From Acutalibacteraceae bacterium (GTDB taxonomy: Bacteria; Bacillota; Clostridia; Oscillospirales; Acutalibacteraceae), in assembly GCA_045595685.1 (NCBI GenBank), contig JAZOAX010000166.1:1-44788 (forward strand): 44,788 nt of DNA, given 5' to 3'. Positions 16,019 to 24,831 of the stretch are shown here, one piece after another. The stretch's first letter is position 1; each line of letters begins with the position of its first letter. The position numbers and the translations under genes are program-made. The notes under the pieces are model-generated. The model saw only the letters and a list, made by a program, of their open reading frames with translations, was not told the DNA's origin and made no database searches.

Positions 16019-17888
16019 CTGTATAGCCTCCCATCTGTGAAAGTCTGTTTCTGAATTCTTCACTTTTCAGCATTCTCAGAAAACTCTGCACCTTGTCTTC
16101 TTCAAAAACCTTTTCGTCAATAAGAACATCATATTCTTCAATGCAGATTTCTATAAAATCAAGGTCATACATTTTTGCCGCCGAATAAATTCCAAGACCG
16201 CAGTCGGCATTACCTGCGGCAATAAGTGCTGCAACGCCTGTGTGGGTGAATTCTTCGTTGCGGTAACCGTCAAGGGCTGTTTTGTCTATACCGTATTTTC
16301 CCAGAAGGTAATCGCAGAGGATTCTTGTGCCTGAGCCTGCCTGTCGGTTGACATATCTGCCTTTGACTATGTCTTTGAAAGATTCAATTTTCAGGGGGTT
16401 GCCTTTCTGCACCATAAGGCCCTGAACTCTGCCAACACCTTTAACGAGTTTCACATTGCCGTCGGGGAAGTATTTTTTAACATAACTTTCGTTATATCTG
16501 CCCGTTTCTGTGTCCAGCAGATGTATGCAGCCAAGGTGTGCCTGACCGTTTTTTATGGCGGTTATTGCACCCATACTGCCCACGTGGCTGGAAGTAATGC
16601 TGAAAGATGAATCCTCTTTTTTCAGCATATCGGAAAGTTCGTCAATAAGGGGGTCATGGCTTCCCGTTACAATAAGGGAAGAATTAATCTGCCTGAGAGG
16701 TCTGAGAAGCCTTATTTCAACTTCCTGCCCTGCGTCAAAGCCCTCAGTGTTCTGGGGTACAACAAGTATGCCGTCTGCCTTGGTGAAACTTGTGATTACG
16801 CCTGCACCTCTGCTCAGGGGTACTGCGGTGAGGGTGTCTCCCGACTTGCCGAGAGTAACCCTGACATATTCCTGATATTTAAGAGATGAGACCACTCTTT
16901 TGCCGAGAACCGCCTTTACTGTATTACGGTTTTCTTCATTTTCCTTATACCACATTGATACAATCTTTTTCACAATCTCATCCATTATCACTATTGCCGA
17001 AACGGGATAACCGGGCAGTCCCACAACGGGCACATTTCCCACGGCACCTAAAACTGCAGGCTTGCCGGGTTTTACGGCAATGCCGTGAAAAACCACCTTG
17101 CCGAGAGAGGATATAATTGTGCTTGTGTAATCGTCTCTGCCTGCGGAAGACCCTGCAAGAACAAGAAGAATGTCACATTCCTCTGTGCCTTTTTTCACTG
17201 CCGCTTCAAGCAGATCTTTTTTGTCTTTGACAATATCGTAAATTCTGGTTTCTGCACCCCACTGATGAAGCATAGAGGAAAAAACTGCCGAATTGAATTC
17301 GATTATTTCACCTTTTTCGGGGTTCTTTTTCGGTGATACGATTTCGTCACCTGTGGGAATAATTCCCACAAGAGGCTTTTTTATAACTTCAACCTCGAGC
17401 ACTCCTCCTGCAAGAAAAGCACCGCAGAGAGACGGCGTTATCTTTGTGTATGAGGGCGCAATCATATCGCCCATACATATATCTTCGCCCACCTGACGAA
17501 CATTCTGCCAGGGGTGATTGGCTGAAAGGATACTCACGTTTCCGTTTTCGAGTTCCGTTACATCTTCAACCATTATAACGGAGTCTGCGCCTTCGGGAAT
17601 CGGGTCACCCGTATCTACTACGGTGTACTGCTCCGGTGAAAGTATAACGGAGGAGGCTTCACTTGCTCCGTAGGTGTCTGTTGCCTTTACGGCAATACCG
17701 TCCATAGCGCTGGCGTTATAGTGGGGAGAACATATTGAAGCATAAACTGCTTTGGCAAGGATTCTTCCCGAACTTTCAAAGGATGGTATTTTTTCTATGC
17801 AGTGGGAAAATGAACTTTCTTTGAGGAAAGAAAAGTATTCCGTCAGCACTTTATTCAAAGGTGCGTTATCAAGATAGTTGTGTCGCAT
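16011..17888 (-). CDS. moeA: MoeA-type molybdopterin/tungstopterin metal-insertion protein fused to a C-terminal periplasmic-binding-protein-like (oxyanion-binding) domain (625 aa)
   Basis: MoeA N, MoCF and C domains (ASAMDGIAV, GIIPTGDE, LAGSSAGRDDY, HGIAVKPGKP). An extra domain of roughly 210 aa (VTGSHDP...NRQAGSGTR) resembles PBP-like domains. Confidence 0.8.
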   Translation of the reverse strand: MRHNYLDNAPLNKVLTEYFSFLKESSFSHCIEKIPSFESSGRILAKAVYASICSPHYNASAMDGIAVKATDTYGASEASSVILSPEQYTVVDTGDPIPEGADSVIMVEDVTELENGNVSILSANHPWQNVRQVGEDICMGDMIAPSYTKITPSLCGAFLAGGVLEVEVIKKPLVGIIPTGDEIVSPKKNPEKGEIIEFNSAVFSSMLHQWGAETRIYDIVKDKKDLLEAAVKKGTEECDILLVLAGSSAGRDDYTSTIISSLGKVVFHGIAVKPGKPAVLGAVGNVPVVGLPGYPVSAIVIMDEIVKKIVSMWYKENEENRNTVKAVLGKRVVSSLKYQEYVRVTLGKSGDTLTAVPLSRGAGVITSFTKADGILVVPQNTEGFDAGQEVEIRLLRPLRQINSSLIVTGSHDPLIDELSDMLKKEDSSFSITSSHVGSMGAITAIKNGQAHLGCIHLLDTETGRYNESYVKKYFPDGNVKLVKGVGRVQGLMVQKGNPLKIESFKDIVKGRYVNRQAGSGTRILCDYLLGKYGIDKTALDGYRNEEFTHTGVAALIAAGNADCGLGIYSAAKMYDLDFIEICIEEYDVLIDEKVFEEDKVQSFLRMLKSEEFRNRLSQMGGYTVG

Positions 17889-17899
17889 ATTTTCACCTC

Positions 17900-19102
17900 T
17901 TAAAACAGATGTACTTTCACTTTTTCGCCGCTTCTGAGCCCTTCACGGTTACGGTCAATGATGATGTAACCGTCGCTTTGTGAAAGAACAGATATTACAC
18001 CGCTTTTGCTGAAAATGGGCTCTGCGCCTTTCGGGGTAAGTTTCACGCATATAATTTCTTCTCTGCCGTGGTTGGAAGATATGTTCTGCGTAATTACAGA
18101 TTCCGTATATTTTTCTTTACTCTTGCGGCAAAGCAGAGAATCGGCAAGGGGTACAATAAAACGAAGGCAGACAAAATAACTTGCAAGGGGATGGCCGGGA
18201 AGACCGAATACAGCCTTATTGTCAATTTTGCCTATAATGGTGGGTTTGCCCGGCTTTAATGCAATGCCGTGAACATAAACTTCGCCAAGGGAAGAAATGA
18301 TGTCCGCCGTCATATCTCTTGCTCCTGCAGAGGAGCCGCCTGAAATAAGTATTATATCGTTTTCTTTCACTGCCTTCACAACGGCGCTGTGTATGTCTTC
18401 ATATATGTCTTTAACAATGCCGTATTCTTTTGTGATGCAGCCGTGTTCTGTCATTAAAGATGAGAGAATGTGACTGTTTATATCTCTGATTTTTCCGAAA
18501 GTTATTTCACTGTCTACGGGTACTATTTCGTCACCCGTTGAGATAATACCGACACGCAGTTTTTCTCTTACGGGGATTTCGGTAATTCCCAGTGAAGCAA
18601 GAATACCTGTTTCACGGGATGTGATTTCGGTGCCTTTACTAAGAACGGTCTGCCCTTCGGTTATATCGTCACCTTTTTTTGTAACATTTTCAAAGGGGCT
18701 CACTGTTTTGTATACAAGGCACAGAGAATCAAAACTGTTGTCGGTGTGCTCCACCATTACCACACTGTCTGAGCCCTGAGGAAGCATACCGCCTGTGGAA
18801 ATTTTAATGCACTGACCCTCTGCTATTTTCTGAGTTGCCTCTTCACCCATAAGAATTTCACCGATAATTTCAAGTTGTGCAGGTATGCTTTCGCTGCAAC
18901 CGTAGGTGTCGGAGGCTTTGACTGCATAGCCGTCAACTGTGGAACGGTTAAAAGCAGGAATATTTTCTGAAGAAAGAATATCTTGAGAAACAACTCTGCC
19001 CAAAGAGTGATAAAGGCTTACTTTTTCCGTTTCTGAATCACTGTGATTAAATTTTTCTTCGATTATCTGAAGCGCCTCTTGGGCTGAAACTACTTTAAGC
19101 AC
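17900..19102 (-). CDS. moeA: Molybdopterin molybdo/tungsto-transferase MoeA (400 aa)
   Basis: RSTVDGYAV, IISTGDE, ISGGSSAGARDM and HGIALKPGKP motifs. Confidence 0.85.
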   Translation of the reverse strand: MLKVVSAQEALQIIEEKFNHSDSETEKVSLYHSLGRVVSQDILSSENIPAFNRSTVDGYAVKASDTYGCSESIPAQLEIIGEILMGEEATQKIAEGQCIKISTGGMLPQGSDSVVMVEHTDNSFDSLCLVYKTVSPFENVTKKGDDITEGQTVLSKGTEITSRETGILASLGITEIPVREKLRVGIISTGDEIVPVDSEITFGKIRDINSHILSSLMTEHGCITKEYGIVKDIYEDIHSAVVKAVKENDIILISGGSSAGARDMTADIISSLGEVYVHGIALKPGKPTIIGKIDNKAVFGLPGHPLASYFVCLRFIVPLADSLLCRKSKEKYTESVITQNISSNHGREEIICVKLTPKGAEPIFSKSGVISVLSQSDGYIIIDRNREGLRSGEKVKVHLF

Positions 19103-19113
19103 TTTGCCACCTC

Positions 19114-19785
19114 TTATTTTTCAAAATCCCAGAAATCAATGAACTTTTTGCTCCACAGACTTTTGGGTGAAGACAGAAGTTCTTCGGGTGTGCCTTCTTC
19201 GGCAATTTCACCTTTATGAAGAATCACAATTCTGTCGGCAAGTCTTCTTGCCTGACCCGGTGAATGAGTTGTCATAACAATTCCGCAACCTGTTTTTTTC
19301 TTATACTCTCTGATGGCGTTTTCAATAATTTCCGTACCCTCAATATCGGCAGCGCTTGAGGGCTCGTCAAGAAAGAGAAAATCGCCCTTGTTGATAAGAA
19401 CCCTGCCGAGAGCCAGCCGCTGACATTCACCGCCTGAAAGACGTGAAGCGTTTTTGTCGGCTAAATCTGTCAGAGAAAGAAGTGAGATTATATCTTCTGC
19501 TGCCTTTTCTTTGCCGATTTTATCTTTGGCAGAAAACAGAAGATTTTTTCTCACGGTTTTTCTGAAAGGTATACTTTCCTGAGGCAGATAGTATAATGTT
19601 CCGTCAACAGAAAATTCGCCCGAAGTTTTTTCCGCAATGCCCGAAAGAATTTTCAGAAGGGTGCTTTTACCGCTTCCGTTGGGACCTGCAATAACGAGAG
19701 TTTCGCCTTTTTTTATTGTGAGAGATTCAATGTTCAGAACTGTTCTCTCACCGTATTTTTTTGTAAGATTCTTAATTTCAATCAT
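19114..19785 (-). CDS. tupC: ABC transporter ATP-binding protein (tungstate TupC-like)
   Basis: Walker A GPNGSGKST, signature LSGGECQR, Walker B FLFLDEP. In an operon with the TupA/TupB-like genes. Confidence 0.75.
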   Translation of the reverse strand: MIEIKNLTKKYGERTVLNIESLTIKKGETLVIAGPNGSGKSTLLKILSGIAEKTSGEFSVDGTLYYLPQESIPFRKTVRKNLLFSAKDKIGKEKAAEDIISLLSLTDLADKNASRLSGGECQRLALGRVLINKGDFLFLDEPSSAADIEGTEIIENAIREYKKKTGCGIVMTTHSPGQARRLADRIVILHKGEIAEEGTPEELLSSPKSLWSKKFIDFWDFEK

Positions 19786-20465
19786 TGTTTATCCTCCCTT
19801 GTCAAAAATGATGCGAGGATATTTACTATAAGAGAAATTATAAGAAGAACTATACCGAGACTCAGGGCAAAGGTGAAGTTGCCCTTGTTTGTTTCAAGCA
19901 TAATTGCTGTTGTCATAACCCTTGTTTTCCATTGGATGTTGCCGCCTACAAGGCTTACAGCACCAACCTCTGCAATTGACCTGCCAAAAGCAGTGAGAAC
20001 AACACTCATAAGAGCGAATCTGTTTTCAGCGAGAAGCAGAAGTGCGGTTTTTCCTGAGGAAAAAGCAAGTCCTTTTGCCGTTTCCGTCAGCGCCCTGACA
20101 TTGACGGAGATAATGGACTCAGTAAGGTTTATCACAACGGGAATTATGAGCATACACTGTGCAATTACCATAACTTCAACGGTGAAAAGGAGCCCCAGAG
20201 AGCCGAAGATGCCGTATTTTGTGAAAAGCATATAGACAATCAGGCCTGCCACCACAGGAGGCAAGCCCATAAACGTACCGGTTAATTTTTTGATTGTCCT
20301 TTTGCCTTTGAAGTTGCTTTTTGCCAGAATCACGCCAAGGGGCATACCGACAAGGCATGAAATCAGTGTGCTGAAAAAGGACATACGGAGTGTTACACCG
20401 ATAATCTGTAACAACTCCTTGTCCATAGTCAGAAGCATTTCAAAAGCTTCAATAATTTTTTCCAA
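19782..20465 (-). CDS. tupB: ABC transporter permease (tungstate TupB-like)
   Basis: Membrane protein with about 5-6 TM helices. ATGA-type overlap with the ATPase gene. Confidence 0.75.
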   Translation of the reverse strand: MEKIIEAFEMLLTMDKELLQIIGVTLRMSFFSTLISCLVGMPLGVILAKSNFKGKRTIKKLTGTFMGLPPVVAGLIVYMLFTKYGIFGSLGLLFTVEVMVIAQCMLIIPVVINLTESIISVNVRALTETAKGLAFSSGKTALLLLAENRFALMSVVLTAFGRSIAEVGAVSLVGGNIQWKTRVMTTAIMLETNKGNFTFALSLGIVLLIISLIVNILASFLTREDKQ

Positions 20466-20468
20466 AAC

Positions 20469-21311
20469 TTATTCTTCGATAAGATAGAAGAGTGCTTCGC
20501 CGTACTGCTCTTTGCCGTATTCAGCAATAAGTGCAGATGCTTCGTCGCCTGTCATCCATTCAATAAGAGCCTTGGCACCTTCGGTGTTAACACCTTCAAG
20601 TTTTTCGGGGTTACATTCAATAAGAGAATATGTATTCTTCATATCTTCGCCTTCAGCAAGAATGATTTCAAGGTTGAGGGACTGCTTGTTTGAAAGGAAT
20701 GTAGCCTTGTCTGTAAGGCAGTATGCAGCCTTTTCACTTGCCATTGTAAGACATGCGCCCATACCCTGACCTGCACTGATGTACCAGGAAGCAGTCTCGG
20801 CATCGGGAACGTTTTCACCCCAGATTTTGAGTTCTGCCTTGTGTGTACCGCTTTCGTCACCGCGTGAAACGAAGGGTGCTTCTGCATCGGCAATTTTACC
20901 GAATGCCACAGCAGCGCTTTCACTGTCTTTGATTCCTGCAGGGTCTGCTTCGGGACCTGCAACTACAAAGTAGTTATACATAAAGGGGATTCTTTCAACG
21001 CCGTAGCCTTCAGAAATGAATTCTTCTTCTGATGCTTTTGCGTGAACGAGGATAAGGTCTGCGTTTCCGTCTTTTGCTTTCTGGATAGCGGCACCTGTAC
21101 CTGCTGACTGAACTTCAACGGTGTAACCTGTTGCTTTTTCAAAAGCGGGAAGAAGGTAGGGAAGAAGTCCTGAGTCGTTTACAGATGTGGTGGTTGACAT
21201 ACGGATAACGGGATTTGCGGGAGCATTACCCGGTGTTGCTTCTCCGCCGCCGCAGGCTGAAAGAGCGAAGAGCATAAGTGCTGCAAGTAATACTGCAAGA
21301 AGTTTTTTCAT
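20469..21311 (-). CDS. tupA: Tungstate-binding lipoprotein TupA-like (ABC substrate-binding protein)
   Basis: Lipobox LSAC. IRMSTTTSVNDSGLLPYLLPAFEKATGYTV...GTGAAI...LILVHA closely resembles the TupA TTTS signature region. Confidence 0.75.
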   Translation of the reverse strand: MKKLLAVLLAALMLFALSACGGGEATPGNAPANPVIRMSTTTSVNDSGLLPYLLPAFEKATGYTVEVQSAGTGAAIQKAKDGNADLILVHAKASEEEFISEGYGVERIPFMYNYFVVAGPEADPAGIKDSESAAVAFGKIADAEAPFVSRGDESGTHKAELKIWGENVPDAETASWYISAGQGMGACLTMASEKAAYCLTDKATFLSNKQSLNLEIILAEGEDMKNTYSLIECNPEKLEGVNTEGAKALIEWMTGDEASALIAEYGKEQYGEALFYLIEE

Positions 21312-21334
21312 AATTCATTCTCCTTTTCAATCAC

Positions 21335-21496
21335 GGAAGGTATAAAAGTTTCCCTTTGTACCCTTTGACCGGTGCCTGTGTTTTTTCTCCGTTTTGCAGG
21401 CAGTGTTTTTTCGGTCACGCACGGCTTTTCGTGCATAAATGTTTAGAAAATGCCGCGTCGGAATATGAATTAAAGCGGCAAAGCCGCTGACTTCCC
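21335..21496 (-). ncRNA. Structured 5' leader of the tup-moe-moa operon; candidate Moco/tungsten-cofactor riboswitch
   Basis: About 160 nt closed by GGAAG...CTTCC just 5' of the RBS. Internal hairpins on the minus strand are AGCGGC-TTT-GCCGCT, GCACG-AAAAGC-CGTGC, and TGACCG...CGGTCA enclosing GCCTG...CAGGC. GCCGC/GCGGC is an alternative pairing. The consensus match has not been verified. Confidence 0.35.
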
Positions 21497-21616
21497 ATGG
21501 ATGCATATAATTTTAATAAATATTTATAAAAAACAGTTAAATTTCTTGTAAATTTTGTATCTTTATGATATTATATATCAATAAAGAAAATATTTCAAGT
21601 GGGGGAGTGGTAAAAA

Positions 21617-22108
21617 GTGAATTTCGCAGTGCTGTGTGTCAGTGACAGATGCTCTCAGGGTCTTTGCGAAGATAAAAGCGGACCTCTTATTAAAGAAATG
21701 CTCACTTCCCTTGGAAAAACCAAGGAATATATAATTGTTCCCGATGACCTCAAAGAAATTGAAAAAGCCCTCATTTATCTTTGTGACGATGTTTGTGCCG
21801 ATGTGGTGTTCACAACGGGCGGCACGGGCTTTGCACCCAGAGATATTACCCCCGAAGCCACAAAGGCGGTTATTGAAAAAGAAGCCCCCGGCATTGCAGA
21901 GGGAATCAGAATGAAAAGCATGGAAATTACACCCAAGGCCATGCTTTCAAGGGCAGTATCGGGCATAAGAAAAAACTCTCTTATTATAAATCTGCCGGGA
22001 AGTCCCAAGGCCGTGAAGGAGTCACTGGAATTTGTGCTTCCCGTTCTGCCTCACGCAGTGGAAGTTTTAAGCGGTGATACCCTTAACTGCGGCGGCAACT
22101 ACAAGTGA
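21617..22108 (+). CDS. mog: MogA/MoaB family molybdopterin adenylyltransferase (GTG start)
   Basis: VLCVSDRCSQGLCEDKSGPLI...FTTGGTGFAPRDITPEAT...INLPGSP motifs. RBS GGGGGAG lies 9 nt upstream. Confidence 0.85.
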   Translation: MNFAVLCVSDRCSQGLCEDKSGPLIKEMLTSLGKTKEYIIVPDDLKEIEKALIYLCDDVCADVVFTTGGTGFAPRDITPEATKAVIEKEAPGIAEGIRMKSMEITPKAMLSRAVSGIRKNSLIINLPGSPKAVKESLEFVLPVLPHAVEVLSGDTLNCGGNYK

Positions 22109-22799
22109 GGTGAGTTTTCTGAACACAAAAGCAGAAACGCAGGGTTTTGATATTTCAAAAAAAAGCGTGTGCCTCATAGGTTGCGGCGGACTCGGCTGCA
22201 ATGTTGCCGTGCATCTTGCGGGTGCAGGCGTGGGAAAACTTTACCTTTGCGATTTTGACACGGTAAATGAATCAAACCTTAACAGACAGTTCCTTTACAC
22301 CAAGGACTCTGTCGGCAAACCGAAATGCAGGGTGGCAGAAGAAAGACTTGCATCGTTTTCTGCGGATACGGAATATATTGCCGCAGAAAAAAAGATCAGC
22401 AATGAAGAAGATCTTGATTTTGCAAGGGAATGTGACATTGTTATTCTTGCAGTGGATAATGCCAAAACAAGAGTTGTTCTTCAACAGTTCTGCACGAAGA
22501 ACAGAATACCCCTTGTCTGCGGCGGAATTGACGGCTTTTACGGTATGTGCTATCTCTACATTCCCGATGTTTCGCCCTGTCCCGACTGTGCGGGAATGAA
22601 CGAGGGTACACGGGCAAAACACAATGTGTCGGCAACGGCAGGTATAATCGGCTCTGCTGAAAGTGCCCTTGCCATAGAATATCTTGTTACTGAAAACAAA
22701 AATCTTTCGGGCAAAATTCTTATGTTTGACGAATCGGATTTTCAGACATTGAAAATCAGTCCCCGTTCAGACTGTCCTCTTTGCAAAAAAAGAGGATAA
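22074..22799 (+). CDS. ThiF/MoeB/HesA-family E1-like adenylyltransferase (start uncertain: GTG 22074 or GTG 22110)
   Basis: Nucleotide-binding motif IGCGGLGCNVAVHLAGAGVG, NLNRQFLY, and two CxxC pairs (CPDC, CPLC). No rhodanese domain. Confidence 0.8.
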   Translation: MIPLTAAATTSEVSFLNTKAETQGFDISKKSVCLIGCGGLGCNVAVHLAGAGVGKLYLCDFDTVNESNLNRQFLYTKDSVGKPKCRVAEERLASFSADTEYIAAEKKISNEEDLDFARECDIVILAVDNAKTRVVLQQFCTKNRIPLVCGGIDGFYGMCYLYIPDVSPCPDCAGMNEGTRAKHNVSATAGIIGSAESALAIEYLVTENKNLSGKILMFDESDFQTLKISPRSDCPLCKKRG

Positions 22800-22859
22800 C
22801 AATTTATGAGTTAAACAACTAACTGTAATTATTTGAACAAATCACTCGAGAAAGGAGAC

Positions 22860-22884
22860 ATAACTGAATTTGAGCTTCAGTTAT
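22860..22884 (+). promoter_or_regulatory. Perfect 9-bp hairpin between the only strong SD (22851-22858) and the AOR start
   Basis: ATAACTGAA-TTTGAGC-TTCAGTTAT. The 3' arm contains the first two nucleotides of the ATG (22883) of an 8-codon uORF that overlaps the AOR ATG at 22897. Confidence 0.4.
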
Positions 22885-22896
22885 GCGTGAAGAAAA

Positions 22897-24831
22897 ATGG
22901 GCAAATTAAAAGGCTATATGGGAAAGGTTCTTTTTGTTGACCTTACAAAAAAGACATACGAAGAATTTCCCTGGAGCGATGAAGACAGAATCAGAACTAT
23001 CGGCGGTAAGGTTATGGCGGCCGATATCCTTCTTCAGCACATCAGACCGGGTATGAAAGCCTTTGACGAGGACAACTGGCTTGTTATTACAACAGGTCCT
23101 ATGACCCGTTGTAAATCACCGTCATCAACCCGATTCAATATTTCCACCGTTTCACCCCTTACGGGTATTCTGACTTCGTCAAATTGCGGCGGCCCCTTCG
23201 GCAGAAGACTTAAAAAAGCAGGCTGGGACGCTATGATTATCACAGGCAGAGCAGAAGAACTTACCTGGATTGAAATTGTTGACGACAAAGTAACATTCCA
23301 CGATGTGCCCGAAATGAAAGGTATGCTCACCGGCGAAGCGCAAAAGAAGTTCCCCGGCGGCACAAGTGCTCTTACAATCGGCCCCGCAGGTGAAAACAAA
23401 GTTCTTTATGCAGGTGTTTTCAGCGGCGAAAGAACTGCAGGCAGAGGCGGTGTAGGTGCAGTATTCGGTGACAAAAACTTAAAAGTTGTTACTGCCAAGG
23501 GTACACAGAATCCTGAAATTTACGACAAGGAAAGACTGGATTTTCTCAATAAGCAGTGGGAAATGCAACTCAAACGCCATCCCATCACAGGTGCACAGCT
23601 TGCAAAACTCGGAACGGCAGGTCTTGTGGCGCCTATGCAGGCTCACAGAATTCTTGCAACAAAGAACTTCAGCAAAGGTCGCTTTGACAACTTTGAAAAG
23701 GTTTCAGGTGAAGAACTTGCCGAAAAGCATCTTATCAAAAACGGTAACTGCTATTCCTGCCCTATGAGATGTGAAAGACGAGTTTCATATAACGGTAAGA
23801 ATGTAAAAGGCCCCGAACTTGAAACTCTCGGTCTTCTGGGTCCCAACATTATGAACGACGATATTGAAAAAATCATCAAGTGGAACTATGAACTCGATGA
23901 ACTGGGTATTGATACCATTTCCGCTGCAGGCTCCATCGCTTTTGCAATGGAACTTAACGAAAAAGGTATGTGGGACTGCGGTCTCGAATTCGGCAAAACC
24001 GACAACCTTAGTGAAGTGTTTGAACTTATTGCAAAAAGAGAAGGTATCGGCGACATTCTTGCAGACGGTACAAGAAAAATGAGTGAACGCTTCGGCGGTA
24101 AAGAATTTGCAATCCACGCAAAAGGACTTGAACTTGCCGCCTACGAGCCCAGAGGTGCCGTAGGTCAGGGCCTCGGATATGCAACTTCCAACAGAGGCGG
24201 GTGCCACCTCAATGCAGGATATATGGTAGTTCTTGAAGGTCTGGGACTTAATATGGACTCCTACACTCCCAAGGGGAAAGCGGGTCTTGCAATCACTTTC
24301 CAGAATGTTATGGAAGGTGCTTCTGCGGCAGGCTTCTGCGTGTTTACTTCTTATGCAATTCTGCCCTGGTTTATTGTTGCAAAGCCTACAAGCGTTATGA
24401 CAAGAGTTGTTCAGCAGGTGTTCAAATTCACCGCTCCCATTCTCTATATCGCAACACAGTATCCCGAAATTCTTGCAGTCAACATTCCTCTCATTCAGTA
24501 TCCGAGAGTGCTCAATGCGGCAACAGGCTCAAAGTATACTGCAGGTAAGTTCATCAAAGTAGGCTCTTACGGATATAATGTTGAAAGAATTGCGAACATC
24601 ATTCTCGGTCTTCCTGTAGGCGATGATACAGATACTCTTCCCAAGCGCCTTACAGATGAAGAACAGGTACCCGGTGACAAAAAGACAAAAGTACCTCTTG
24701 GCAAAATGAAAAAGAGTTACTATATAATCCGAGGCTGGAAAAACGGTGCACCCACAATGCACACAATAAAGAGACTCGGAATCACCCTTCCCGAATGTGC
24801 AAAGGAGGTATATCCTTATGGTAAAGGTTAA
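22897..24831 (+). CDS. aor: Tungsten-containing aldehyde:ferredoxin oxidoreductase (AOR family)
   Basis: N-terminus GKVLFVDLTKKTYEEF as in AOR. 4Fe-4S motif C-YS-C-PMR-C. GLGYATSNRGGCH pterin-binding region. The start could alternatively be ATG 22918. Confidence 0.85.
   Translation: MGKLKGYMGKVLFVDLTKKTYEEFPWSDEDRIRTIGGKVMAADILLQHIRPGMKAFDEDNWLVITTGPMTRCKSPSSTRFNISTVSPLTGILTSSNCGGPFGRRLKKAGWDAMIITGRAEELTWIEIVDDKVTFHDVPEMKGMLTGEAQKKFPGGTSALTIGPAGENKVLYAGVFSGERTAGRGGVGAVFGDKNLKVVTAKGTQNPEIYDKERLDFLNKQWEMQLKRHPITGAQLAKLGTAGLVAPMQAHRILATKNFSKGRFDNFEKVSGEELAEKHLIKNGNCYSCPMRCERRVSYNGKNVKGPELETLGLLGPNIMNDDIEKIIKWNYELDELGIDTISAAGSIAFAMELNEKGMWDCGLEFGKTDNLSEVFELIAKREGIGDILADGTRKMSERFGGKEFAIHAKGLELAAYEPRGAVGQGLGYATSNRGGCHLNAGYMVVLEGLGLNMDSYTPKGKAGLAITFQNVMEGASAAGFCVFTSYAILPWFIVAKPTSVMTRVVQQVFKFTAPILYIATQYPEILAVNIPLIQYPRVLNAATGSKYTAGKFIKVGSYGYNVERIANIILGLPVGDDTDTLPKRLTDEEQVPGDKKTKVPLGKMKKSYYIIRGWKNGAPTMHTIKRLGITLPECAKEVYPYGKG

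Noticed and set aside
22074-22108. The 35-nt overlap between mog and the ThiF-like ORF as a frameshift or fusion.
   Set aside because: The overlap depends on choosing the GTG at 22074. An alternative GTG at 22110 removes it, and both proteins are full-length for their families.
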